Shown: in pieces, positions 13,832 to 26,192 of the stretch
Position numbering within the stretch: position 1 is the first letter of the stretch
Layout: each line of letters starts with the position of its first letter
Assembly (NCBI RefSeq): GCF_001194135.2
Contig: NC_068995.1
Location: forward strand, 3,903,752-3,956,686
DNA length: 52,935 bases
DNA from: Octopus bimaculoides
Taxonomy: Eukaryota
Reading direction: 5' to 3'
Program-made: the position numbers and the translations under genes
The notes under the pieces: generated by a model
Databases searched by the model: none
What the model was told of the DNA's origin: nothing
The model's input: only the letters and a program-made list of their open reading frames with translations

Positions 13832-14067
13832 TATTGGGTTGGCGCATAATTATTGCGGCGTTTTCTCAACAAATTTTATTCAACAAAAACAATAACAACA
13901 TGTAACAAAAACCTTTTTAAATGATTATTCCGGAGCATATTCACCATCTACTTCAATTACTGCCTCCCGTTTGCTTGGCAGAGGGTCAGACCATCATTTA
14001 AAGATGCTTTTGTTAAATATTGTTGTTTTTCGTTGAATAAAAATTGTTGAAAATAAGCCGCAGTAAT
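13832..14067 (-). mobile_element. Miniature mariner derivative (MITE-like) retaining only the transposase C-terminus
   Basis: TIR-like tattgggttggcgcataattattgcggcgttttctcaacaaattttattcaac (13832) with an inverted copy at about 14019-14067. Minus strand 13981-13925 reads LPSKREAVIEVDGEYAPE*, resembling a mariner C-terminal end. Confidence 0.7.
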
Positions 14068-14136
14068 CAAGGATTCATTAAACCAGTGTTTGCCAGCAGT
14101 AGTACTGGGGTATCCGTGAACTAAATTCAAAATTTC

Positions 14137-14285
<149 letters not shown>

Positions 14286-15043
14286 CAAAGATAACCATAT
14301 TAAAAGGGGTCCGTGAGAAAATTCATTTAAATAAAAGGTTTGGGAACAATTGCTGGCAACCACTGCATTAAACCATCCAGTTGAAGAATTGATACATCTG
14401 CAAATTCTCTGGAGTTTGCTTTATGCCTTCGTCTTTAAAATCTATTCCCATCTAATATCGGTCCCTGGTTTAATTCCTTAGAATAAGTATTTCAATCAAT
14501 ATTTCTTTTCTAAAAATCCAACCAGCTGCATCATCTTTGCCATCCAGATTTATAGATTTCTAAAGAGAATTTTTATTATGTTGGTATTGCTTTCTTGCTT
14601 TGCTTGTTTTATTTCTGGGTAGGCAGATGGCTATGATGTCATGGTTGGTATAACGATAACATTAAGCAATGGCTTGTATTTACTCCAAAAAAGGAATGCT
14701 TCCGCTATTGAAAGTAGTTTAAATCCAATTTCCATAGGATTGTTTTTATCACTTCTGTTTTCTACACAACCTTCCCGTTCAAAAATTTTTCTCGTATCGG
14801 AAGTCTGCTGGAGTCGGTTGCAGGAATATTTCTAACAGTACATTATAGACTAGATTCTTAAAGTACATTATGGCACTGCATCAATATTATGATAATAATA
14901 CCATAATTTCGTAAGCATGGTTCGAAGAGCATAAGAATGATTGAAATGTAGAAAGATTTTAATAATCAATATAAAATCGTGGATACGCAACGCTGCCATC
15001 TTACCCCTTCCAGCTCTTCTCATTCTTATTTGTTCCCTCTCTC

Positions 15044-15077
<34 letters not shown>

Positions 15078-15864
15078 TGTGTGAGTGTGTGTGTGTGTGT
15101 GTATGTATGTGTGTGCATGTGTGCGCGCGTGCGTGTGTATATGTGTGTGTGTGTGTCTGTATGCCTGTGTGTATGTGTGGGCATGTGTCTGTATGCCAGT
15201 GTGTATGTGTTTGTATGTGCATACGGGTGTGTACGCGCGAGGATGTGTGTGTGCGTGCGCCGAAACCGTAACGATTTTCAGTACAGTAGCTGATGAAGTA
15301 ATGTCAAAGTCCGTTTAAACTAAAACTGTTGTGAACGCAGTAATTTATGCCATCCGCTTTCGTTGGAAAAAAGGATTCAGTTCACTCAGCTGGCAAAAAT
15401 GAGCAGTACCTGTAATTCTAAAGGGCTAGGCATATCACACTCCATGTCACGCTGATTCACGCTTTGAACCGTGTCCAGTCTACGCGCATTAGTGGAATAC
15501 TCACCCCTTACGCATTAATTTCATGAGCTGGCTGTTTCGTAGATCAGATCAAATGGTACCCTGGTTGTCGTAATCGACGGACCACCTGATTCGTTGACCT
15601 AGAGTTTTTAGGGTTCACTTATTTTCCAGCAAGGGGCTGAGTCTAGTTTTATTGGTTTTGTTGTCGTTTAATTTCATATGAGTATTTTTATTGTGTATAC
15701 ACTGGGTCTTAAATGAAGGCTTATTCGGCTGGAGGTTCAACTAAAGTGTCTTAAATTGAGGTTTATAGATCAAGTAATCATTTTTCTAGTGTTAGACTGA
15801 ATAGGTTACATGTTACCAAATTTGTGACATGTAATGTATCTGTGATACATACATACATACATAC

Positions 15865-15898
<34 letters not shown>

Positions 15899-17269
15899 AT
15901 ACATACATGCGTATATCTGTCAACTGTGTATGTATCTCTTTCTGCTCCTCCCTCTCTCTCTCTCTCCCTCTCTCCCCCCCCCCCTCTCTCTCTCTCCCTA
16001 TATGCACGTGCGCGTGTGTGTGTAATCACACTTTCTTAAAGCTTGCGATTTTATTAACTCAACTCTCTTCGACTCATGATATCTTCACATCTAAAATGAA
16101 AATATCTCCATTTTCTGCTTCAGTATCTCTTTTCAATTCAACTCCTTTAAGATTCATCTAATATAACTTATAGCATTTCTTTTATATCAATTAGAGTTCC
16201 CGATAAATATATTCTCCATAAAAAAATATAAAGTAATATTCATAAAATAAGAATTGCCGAAGACGATTTTCTACAAAGTGTCACATGAACACATCGGTTT
16301 TGTGAATTGTGTCACAAGAACAACAGCGAAACGCCTATATTGTTATTCATTATGACCTGATTGATGTGTGCTTTGTGATAAGACATGCTTCAATTACGTT
16401 AAAATGCAACCTAAAATCGAATTATCTTTTGTTCTTATCCAGCAGATACGTTCTTCTCTTTAATCAATACTTGCTTCTCTATCAATATTTTTTGAGAATA
16501 CTCGGTACTAATTCATTGAACGTGTTATTGCTAAATCAATTCTGATAATATACTTCGTTGCTTGCATTTTAAATATCAACTAGAAAGAGCTTTGTTATTT
16601 AATAACCGACGCTTTGTTTTAAAGCAATGCATTAATTCATCTCTTACAAAATCAACGCGTTTCCCTTGCTCAGGACGTTAAGATATTTTAAAAATAATTT
16701 ACTTCAATCAATGTATCTAATGTATATCTGTAATAGAAGCGATAGATGCATTTCATTGTGAAATTTAACACAGAATTTTATATATAGGAAGCACATATAA
16801 GCTATTGAAGTTCACCGAGTAAAATATTGCACTTAAAAATTTAATTTTTTTTCTTTATTCTACGTAAAAGCAATACATGATAGATGAAACAATGGCTTCT
16901 AGTGCAGAAAATCTACGAAAACCTTAACAAAAGATTGAATGCTCTTTCATAGAGGTTTGACCTAAATTTTTCCAACATTAACGACAAACAAACGTGAGAG
17001 AAGATGAAGCAGGAGTAAGACATAGATCAAATAAACGCTTGTGTTTATCTTTTTCACCGATTAGAGATATGGCGTCATCTATGTTGTCTTCTCTTGTATT
17101 TCATAAATTGGTGACTCAACAGAGATCGACAAAATATGACAAGACTGAAATATACACAGGGTCGATATGATATGAATGAAACCCTGGAAGATGTTGCTAC
17201 AGCTTGGTCGGCTGCATTCGTATGACTGGAAATAACAAAGTAAAGAAATATAAAAATAGCAATTTACTT

Positions 17270-17322
<53 letters not shown>

Positions 17323-17540
17323 CTTTATGCCTGTGCTTGTCCCCTCCACCGCTTAACAATCGGTGTCAGTATGTTTGTATACCCGTAGCCTAGCAGTTCG
17401 GCACAATGGACCGATAGAATAAGTAGCAGGTTGAAGAAAATGGGCTGGATTCATTCGATTCATTCGACTAAAAACGTTTGAAGGCCGTGCCCCAGCCTGG
17501 CCGCAGGCTAAAAACTGAAACAAGTAAAAGATAAAAGATA
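17270..17540 (+). mobile_element. SINE family 3, 3' half preceded by (GT)n
   Basis: (GT)n-ctgtgcttgtcccctccaccgcttaacaatcgg..gaccgatagaataagta..ttcgactaaaa..gtgccccagcctggccgcag..gaaacaagtaaaagataaaagata. Confidence 0.7.
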
Positions 17541-18585
17541 AGAAATAAATTTAGCAAGATTAAAAGCAGCGATTAAGAAAGTATTATTGTTCGGGAGAGT
17601 AAGCAGGGGAGACCACTGAAAACGTTTGTAAGCCAAATGGCTTCCTCAACCGTTGTATAACCTACGCCATTGTTTGTTGGCACTGTATTAACTTAATTAC
17701 TTATATAGAAATGAGCTTAATGAAAATTTCATAATAAGACAGCACTAGCCATATGTAAATAATTAAAGCATAAGTTTGACTATTTCTAATATAGACGAAT
17801 AAGATTAGAATAAATTATGAGTGTTTGCGTAGTAAGACACGTTTGAATGTATATGTCAGTTATCGATTTCTACTCTAGATACGTTAGCGTATGCACTTGA
17901 ACATGGATCGGCTTCAAAAATTATCCATGTGTAAGAGATTTTAATTTGGCGTGAAGTTAAAAGTATGCGAAACGAAAAACAAAACGGCAACAAAGAAAAA
18001 ATACTATGTATGTATATGTGTGTGTGTGTATGTGTGTATGTGTGTGTGTGTGTGTGTGTGTGCATGCATATATATATATATATATATATACACATACAAA
18101 TATATATATGTGTGTATATATGGAAGGTGGTGTATGTGTATATATGTTTATGTATGTATGTATCTAATGCATTTTTATGTACAGTGTAATATATATATAT
18201 ATATATATATNNNNNNNNNNNNNNNNNNNNNNNNNNNNNNNNNNNNNNNNNNNNNNNNNNNNNNNNNNNNNNNNNNNNNNNNNNNNNNNNNNNNNNNNNN
18301 NNNNNNNNNNNNNNNNNNNNNNNNNNNNNNNNNNNNNNNNNNNNNNNNNNNNNNNNNNNNNNNNNNNNNNNNNNNNNNNNNNNNNNNNNNNNNNNNNNNN
18401 NNNNNNNNNNNNNNNNNNNNNNNNNNNNNNNNNNNNNNNNNNNNNNNNNNNNNNNNNNNNNNNNNNNNNNNNNNNNNNNNNNNNNNNNNNNNNNNNNNNN
18501 NNNNNNNNNNNNNNNNNNNNNNNNNNNNNNNNNNNNNNNNNNNNNNNNNNNNNNNNNNNNNNNNNNNNNNNNNNNNNNNNNNNNN

Positions 18586-18638
<53 letters not shown>

Positions 18639-19607
18639 TCAGATACTTACATAATTCGCAAACAAAAAATCATGTATACAAAATGTAATCAATTTCTGAT
18701 TTCTGTAATACAAAAGACTTGGATAAAAAAAAAATATATAGAGCTTTTCCAAATAGAATAAAAGTGAATATTACACTATTTGTGTGTTTTAAATGGCCAT
18801 CCAAAAACTATTATGATGCAAAGTTTCTGAAGTTTTCTTATAAGAAAATTGAAAGTAAGATGATATATGTTTTTTTCTTATTTCTATGTAAGTTTTAAAA
18901 GACTTCGATTTCACCACTGTGTAGTCATTAACAGGAAAAAAAAAAACAAAAAAAACAATGGAATCCGAGAAATTAATATTTAAATGCTGTAACTTCCAAC
19001 ACATTTGTATCTCCATGAAATTGCTTAAATTGTTTCATAAGTATTCAGTTATTAGCAAAATAAAAGGAACACAATCTCTACACACGTTTCTTAAAAGTCA
19101 GCTATCGGCACCTTTTCTCCAGTAAATTTCCAGATGGGGCTCTAACCCTGAAACGCTGAAATATTGGAATTCTATGTAATAGTATTAACCATCGATCTGT
19201 ATCATTGATTTTTTATAACTTGCACTCTCTGTAGTTTAACAAAAAATATTCTACATATATATATATATATATATATGGAGAGACATTAAGAGGGAAAGAC
19301 AGAGATAGATAAATTGTTAGGTAAGTAGATAGTAATAGGTAGGTAGGTACGTAGAAAGATAGGCTGGTAGGTAAATAGGTAGATGCATAGATGTTTTCGG
19401 GCTGAAATCAGACGACACTTCTCTTCTAAACTGCCTCCCCAAATGAAACTTCTAGAGATATTTCACTTATATATTATATGTGGTTAATTAAATTTTTATT
19501 TCTTCTCATTTTTCTACAATTAAATGAATATGTTATGAAATAAATTTATTTTTGATGCCATTGTTAAAAACTGTCTATGGTTACACATTTGATTTCTCTA
19601 ATTACAG

Positions 19608-19767
19608 ATTGGTGAGATACTAAGAAGCCCTTTCATGAAATTCATGAATTATATGTGTTCCTATATGGCTTTTCTGGTATTCCTTTTGATTGCCACAACT
19701 TCAAAAAATACTACAACCAATAGTGAACCGTGGGTAGTCCGTGGATTCATTATTTTCTACGTATTTG
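19608..19767 (+). CDS. TRPC: TRPC exon D (S1, first extracellular loop, start of S2), phase 0-1; absent from the supplied ORF track
   Basis: Acceptor tttctctaattacag|ATT, donor TTTG|gtgagt. IGEILRSPFMKFMNYMCSYMAFLVFLLIATTSKNTTTNSEPWVVRGFIIFYVF(G); LRSPFMKF is a TRPC hallmark. Confidence 0.93.
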
Positions 19768-20265
19768 GTGAGTAGCTTCGCACCTACATAACATTGCTTC
19801 TTAATAAACCCCTCATAATAATTTGTAGTATATATGGTGCGTCGGTGTATGTGCATGTACGATATTATGTGTGTGGAAATATATATATATATATATATAT
19901 ATANNNNNNNNNNNNNNNNNNNNNNNNNNNNNNNNNNNNNNNNNNNNNNNNNNNNNNNNNNNNNNNNNNNNNNNNNNNNNNNNNNNNNNNNNNNNNNNNN
20001 NNNNNNNNNNNNNNNNNNNNNNNNNNNNNNNNNNNNNNNNNNNNNNNNNNNNNNNNNNNNNNNNNNNNNNNNNNNNNNNNNNNNNNNNNNNNNNNNNNNN
20101 NNNNNNNNNNNNNNNNATATATATATGTATGTATGTATGTATATATTTACATACACACACACCATCGCTAGGAGTGGCCTTCACTTCATCTTATTTCACT
20201 ACCGTTCAATCTCACTAAAATGTTGCCTTTCTTTCATCCTACCGCCTTCATCGCTCACCTCACGC

Positions 20266-20305
<40 letters not shown>

Positions 20306-20679
20306 AATTCTTACATGGTTTCTTCCTCGCTTTATCATTACTCTTTCCCAACATGTCTTCATTTGTTAGTTTCTGACCAAGGCGAATAAAACTTCTCTGA
20401 TTTCTCAGGCATAGTGTAAGAACTAGAAATATATGATTTATTACTCCTCACATCAAATCACAGAACAACAATGTATATATTACTATTTACATGTTTATGT
20501 AGAGTTTACACATTCTATATTTAATATATCATATCTGTAGGTATATATATGAAGATTGCGTCAATGTACTTTGCAGTGTTGAAAAGCAATAACGCAAAAC
20601 ATCCAGTTATGCATAACTTAAGAAATTCTTAATAAACTGTAGTTCCTCACAGCATTTTCTAATGTAATATAGCAGATGT

Positions 20680-20895
20680 CAGCGAGCTAACAGAAGCGTT
20701 ACCACAACAGACAACATCCTGAGAAGTATTTCTTCCGGATTTACGTTCTAGGTTCAAATGTCACCTATCATCCTTTTGGGGCCGATTAAATAAAACACCA
20801 GTAGAGCATTGGAGTCGATGTAGTCGACGGAATCGACGTAATTTACTATCCCCCTCCCCCACAATTTCAGGCTTTGTGCCTATAGAAGAAAGGAT
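20680..20895 (+). mobile_element. SINE family 1 copy (diverged), just upstream of exon E
   Basis: agcgagctaacagaagcgtta..ttacgttctaggttcaaat..tcatccttttggggccgattaaataaaacacca..ggctttgtgcc. Confidence 0.65.
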
Positions 20896-20993
20896 TATCA
20901 TTTGGTAATTTGTGAGGTGAATTACGTTTCCTAAAAAATTTCTACCGTAACTGTAGACGTTTGATTTTATTTTTCGTGTTTAAATGCATTTTA

Positions 20994-20994
<1 letters not shown>

Positions 20995-21058
<64 letters not shown>
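20995..21058. repeat. (ATCT)16 microsatellite directly upstream of the exon E acceptor
   Basis: 64 nt of perfect ATCT followed by cttttcaag|exon E. Confidence 0.95.
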
Positions 21059-21067
21059 CTTTTCAAG

Positions 21068-21247
21068 GAATGTTCTGGGCAGAATGTAAACAACTTTGGG
21101 ATGAAGGAGTTAAAGAATATTTTGCCCAAATGTGGAATTATATGGACATCACCATGTTAGCGCTCTACACTGCATCATATACCATAGAATCTATTGTTTC
21201 AATAAAATCTAGTAGTTACAATGACACCAGCAGCTCAGAATTCTCAG
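21068..21247 (+). CDS. TRPC: TRPC exon E (S2-S3, start of second extracellular loop), phase 1-1, 180 nt
   Basis: Acceptor cttttcaag|GA completes the Gly codon from exon D; donor TCAG|gtaagt. (G)MFWAECKQLWDEGVKEYFAQMWNYMDITMLALYTASYTIESIVSIKSSSYNDTSSSEFS matches TRPC GM.W.ECK.LW.EG..EY....WN..D. Confidence 0.95.
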
Positions 21248-21340
21248 GTAAGTCTACTGACCTATTTACCTTCTACCTCCTGTTGTATATAAATATATTG
21301 CTGACGTCCTCTCATGTTTGTGATTTGTGTTGTTTTTCAG

Positions 21341-21382
21341 CGCCATTACAATTCAAAGCACTGTATATTCTTACAATTTCAC
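21341..21382 (+). CDS. Candidate TRPC micro-exon (42 nt, phase 1-1, APLQFKALYILTIS), or start of an exon running to the stop at 21406-21408
   Basis: Strong acceptor tttgtgttgtttttcag| 93 nt after the exon E donor, in frame with exon E. The donor CAC|gtaaca is weak. Confidence 0.4.
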
Positions 21383-21409
21383 GTAACAATTCGTGGAAAG
21401 CCGAATGAA

Positions 21410-21895
21410 TCGACTGCGTGACTTATTCTATTCTATCGGTCCCTTTTGCCGAACCGTTAGTTTACGGGAGCGTAAACACACCAACACCGGACAAGCATAA
21501 ACACACATAATATTCTTTTACCCTTTCACTTTTATCCGTTATTTAACTGCGGCCATGCTGGAGCACTGCCTTTAGTCGAACAAATCGACCCCCAGAATTT
21601 ATTCTTTGTAAGCCTAGTACCTATTCTATCGTTTCTCTGTTGTCGAACCGCTAAGTTACGGAGAAATAAACACACCAACCTCGCCTGTCAAGCAATGATG
21701 AGGGGACAAACACAGATACATAAGTACATAAATATATATATAGGATTCTGTCACCGTCCGCCTACCAAGTTCACTCATAATGCTTTGGTCGAGGCTATGG
21801 TAGAAGACACATGACCAAAGTGCCATGCAGTGGGACTGAACGTGGAACCATGTGGTTCAGAAGTAACCTTTTTACCAAACAGCCACTTCTGCGCC
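21410..21895 (-). mobile_element. SINE family 3: internal fragment plus near-full copy immediately after the exon E region
   Basis: gcggccatgctggagcactgcctttagtcgaacaaatcgacccc..gaaccgctaagttacgg..ggggacaaacacaga..gtgggactgaacgtggaaccatgtggtt..accaaacagccac. Confidence 0.75.
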
Positions 21896-22514
21896 TATAT
21901 ATATGTATATATATATATATAAATATATATATATATNNNNNNNNNNNNNNNNNNNNNNNNNNNNNNNNNNNNNNNNNNNNNNNNNNNNNNNNNNNNNNNN
22001 NNNNNNNNNNNNNNNNNNNNNNNNNNNNNNNNNNNNNNNNNNNNNNNNNNNNNNNNNNNNNNNNNNNNNNNNNNNNNNNNNNNNNNNNNNNNNNNNNNNN
22101 NNNNNNNNNNNNNNNNNNNNNNNNNNNNNNNNNNNNNNNNNNNNNNNNNNNNNNNNNNNNNNNNNNNNNNNNNNNNNNNNNNNNNNNNNNNNNNNNNNNN
22201 NNNNNNNNNNNNNNNNNNNNNNNNNNNNNNNNNNNNNNNNNNNNNNNNNNNNNNNNNNNNNNNNNNNNNNNNNNNNNNNNNNNNNNNNNNNNNNNNNNNN
22301 NNNNNNNNNNNNNNNNNNNNNNNNNNNNNNNNNNNNNNNNNNNNNNNNNNNNNNNNNNNNNNNNNNNNNNNNNNNNNNNNNNNNNNNNNNNNNNNNNNNN
22401 NNNNNNNNNNNNNNNNNNNNNNNNNNNNNNNNNNNNNNNNNNNNNNNNNNNNNNNNNNNNNNNNNNATATATACGTATATATGCTTTACATGTATATATG
22501 TAGCATATATGTGA

Positions 22515-22810
22515 GAAGGCGCGTGGTGGTGTGGTTAGGGTTTTACACTCGAGATTTAGTAGCCGTGGGTTCGATTTTCAGACCGAGAGGTTGGTTGTAT
22601 TCTTGAGCAAAACTGCATGTTACGTCGCTCTAGTCCATTCAGCTGTAAATGAATAAACCTGAAAGTAATTAGCCTTCCGGTCATGGGTGTGGGGATGTTT
22701 GTTCACCTGTTCGCTAAGACAAATGAGTGGTATCATTGGAAAGCAAAAACGATGCAAAGCGCATTGTGACCAGCGATGTATAGCAACATTCGATTACGTG
22801 ATCACGTGAT
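22515..22810 (+). mobile_element. SINE family 2 copy
   Basis: ggcgcgtggtggtgtggttaggg (A-box-like), ggttcgatt (B-box-like), ttcttgagcaaaac..agtccattcagctgtaaatgaa, gcattgtgaccagcgatgt. Confidence 0.7.
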
Positions 22811-23904
22811 ATAACATATTAGGTTTCTGATGTACGTGAAATTAACGTGCAGGTAGCAGAGTACTTCGAAGCCGCCACAGGAGCCCTTAATATATTTTAC
22901 TGTGAGATTCAGCGTGACACAGGATGTGACAAGGCTAGACATTTGAATTACAGGTACAATTCATCTCTGCCAGGTGAGAGGACAGGAACATTAGGAAATC
23001 AAGTCTCTCGCATAAGTAATTCAACGCGCCACAGGGAATTGAACACACGATAGTAATACCATGAGTCGTATACACCGACTACTAAGTCACACGTCGTACG
23101 TCTTCCCACATATATATATACATATAGACATACACATAAATATGTGTGTGCGTATATATATATATATATATATNNNNNNNNNNNNNNNNNNNNNNNNNNN
23201 NNNNNNNNNNNNNNNNNNNNNNNNNNNNNNNNNNNNNNNNNNNNNNNNNNNNNNNNNNNNNNNNNNNNNNNNNNNNNNNNNNNNNNNNNNNNNNNNNNNN
23301 NNNNNNNNNNNNNNNNNNNNNNNNNNNNNNNNNNNNNNNNNNNNNNNNNNNNNNNNNNNNNNNNNNNNNNNNNNNNNNNNNNNNNNNNNNNNNNNNNNNN
23401 NNNNNNNNNNNNNNNNNNNNNNNNNNNNNNNNNNNNNNNNNNNNNNNNNNNNNNNNNNNNNNNNNNNNNNNNNNNNNNNNNNNNNNNNNNNNNNNNNNNN
23501 NNNNNNNNNNNNNNNNNNNNNNNNNNNNNNNNNNNNNNNNNNNNNNNNNNNNNNNNNNNNNATATATATGCATGTATGTATGTATATTTCCTTGGTAATC
23601 ATGGGAATGATTACGAAGGAAATTTTTCTCTTCAAAGAAAAATAAGAAAGAAGAACTAAAAGACAGAATAAAATCCATTACTTAAAGAATGTCACAGAAA
23701 TTCTATTTTCTTTTTTTTTTTAATATTTATAATTTCTGTTTACGTCAAGATAACAATGATTCGATCTATTCTGACATCGTCTCATCACTGAAGTGACATT
23801 GAATTATCGATCGCTATAAGAAATTGCTGAAGCAAAACATGGGGGAATTTCATATTATTTTATTAATTATAATATTTATAATCGAAGCCTACAGTGTACA
23901 TATC

Positions 23905-24259
23905 GAGGCCGGCGTGGCAGTGTGGCAAGAAGCTTGCTTACCAACCACATGGCTCCGCATTCATTCCACATTGCGTGGCACCTGGGGCAAGTGTCTTTTA
24001 CTATAGCCGCGGGCTGACAAAAACCTTGAGATTGGACCTGGTAGACGGAAACTGACATGTATATTTATATTTCAAATACAGGTGAGGGAACAGCAGGCAG
24101 GTGTATTAGTTTGACGCTCGGGAAGATGGAAAAGTCTTTGACGTTTCGAGCCTACGCTCTTCGACAGAAAGGGTTGAGATATAAAAAATGGAAACAGAAC
24201 GAAAAAACGATGAGCGAAGAAATGCGTAGGGATTAACAGTTTAACAGTACATATAGATA

Positions 24260-24291
<32 letters not shown>

Positions 24292-24485
24292 TGTCTCTGT
24301 GCCTGTGTTTGTCCTGTAACACCGCTTGACAACAGTTTTCGGAGTTTTTACGTTCCCGTAACTTAGCAGTTCGGCAAGTGCGAAGGTCAGTATAAGCAGT
24401 AGGGTCGATTTATTCGACTAAAATTCCTTTAAAGCGGTGCTCCAGCAGGACCGTAGTCTAATGAATAAAACAAGTAAAATAAAAG
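23905..24485 (+). mobile_element. SINE family 3 copy split by an unrelated ~190-nt segment (about 24065-24255)
   Basis: Head gtggcagtgtggcaagaagcttgcttaccaaccacatgg (23915). After the interruption: (GT)n-gtgtttgtcc..accgcttgacaac..ttcgactaaa..gcggtgctccagca..aaacaagtaaaataaaaga. Confidence 0.65.
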
Positions 24486-24762
24486 AAAAAAAAAGAATGA
24501 AAGAGAATGGAACAGTTTTAAATCAATCGTAAGAAGGAAGAGATCATATATTATCATCTGAAGTGACTGGATATATTACTGGTATTTCTCGGAGGGATGG
24601 AGTGACTGTCAAAGAAGATCACACACGGCTGTAGTGGAACCGTTGTAACGTAACTTAGCTGAATCTATTCTGCAATTGGTCTTTAAACATTATTGATTTT
24701 TAATTTTCAAAGATTATATGCAATCGCTATAACTGTAGTTTGTAATACTAATAAACAGTCCG

Positions 24763-24879
<117 letters not shown>

Positions 24880-25019
24880 ATTTGTCCTTCATGAAATTGA
24901 TAAAACAACATGTCATAGATATTTTTGTATCTAGTTTAATAATTAATTCATCTAAGAAAACAAACCAGCAATATAATAGAACCCCCCTCTACAAAATAAC
25001 AGTCGTACTTTACTCTTAA

Positions 25020-25595
25020 GGACCATCTCAATGACTTCGAATTAAAGCCATCTATTAAATTAATAACTTCTGTGTCGCCAAAATAAGAATCACAGCAAAC
25101 GCATCCTAGATAAAAGTATTCTAAGCTCTACCATTATAGAATGATTCCTAACTCTGCCTAATAAAACTAACAACAAATTCTTAAAACCTGAAATTAAGGA
25201 TTATGATCTCTCTTTTTCTAAACTGCTACTAATTAATGCCTTTAACTTTACCAAAGTCGTAATTAATAGCAAAGCATATGAAATGGGAATCATTCTGCAT
25301 GCAGTTACTATCACATCATTGAATTAAAAAAATATTCTAGCCGAGCATTTCCGTTAACGTCGGAGTAAAAGATTGAGCATCATCTAAGCAATAACATCCA
25401 AAGAACGTTTTTTTTTTAAAGAAACAGATATAAAACTGAAATGAGTTTAACTACTAACTTCAATAACAGCAGCTTAAACATTAACTCGAACCTCAGTAAT
25501 TTCTTATGATAATTAACAGCTAGTTACACACACAAAGCCATGCTAATTTCAGTCATTCTAAACCGGATCCATTCATGCACAACCCAACCGATAAC
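25020..25595 (+). mobile_element. Highly degenerate Penelope-like retroelement RT fragment
   Basis: Broken translations SKRILDK, SKLLLINAFNF, IILHA, NVGVKD and IHAQPN occur in the order of the ISK.ILD / YPSI..LL..AL.FA / II.HA / GLYRDDG / YIH..SNHP blocks recalled for Penelope-like RTs. Many stops. Confidence 0.45.
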
Positions 25596-25879
25596 AGTTA
25601 CAATTGTATCAACACTGATATATTAATATATTCTATACAATATAAAGGCCATTAAAGATTTCTGGGTACCAGGCCGCTGTAGAATCAAATGATATAATTT
25701 AGTCTCACGTGTAGTTTTTCAAGTTTTTGCCTTAACACCACTTTTTAACACGTTACCGAACATACAGATGTTTTCGATCTTAAATCTTGTATATTCTCAT
25801 AAACGTGAGCTCACAAGCAATATACCACACAGAGAAAAATAGTAAAACTCATTAAAAAGACGTCAGAAAGTTTTTTTTT

Positions 25880-26110
25880 TACTTTAGGGAGGAGGGGGCC
25901 AGTCGATTACATCGACCCCCCAGTACGCAACGGGTACTTAATTTATCGACCTCGAAAAGATGAAAAGCAAAGTCGACCTCGACGAAATTTGAACTCAGTT
26001 CGTAGCGACAGACGAAAAACCGCTAAGCATTTCGCCCAGCGTTCTAACGGCCCTGTCTCCTCTAATCGATTTAACTCCTCCCCGAAATCGCTGATCTTGT
26101 TCCAAAAATT
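25880..26110 (-). mobile_element. SINE family 1 copy
   Basis: gtcgattacatcgacccc..tttatcgacctcgaaaagatgaaaagcaaagtcgacctcgacgaaatttgaactcag..ccgctaagcatttcgcccagcg. Confidence 0.8.
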
Positions 26111-26135
26111 TGAAACTTCTCTCTCTCTCTTTCTT

Positions 26136-26192
<57 letters not shown>

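Noticed and set aside
22515-22580. tRNA-like A/B boxes here and at 10675, 23915, 32360, 47010 and 52680
   Set aside because: No complete cloverleaf, and each runs into a shared repeat body, so they are SINE heads rather than tRNA genes.
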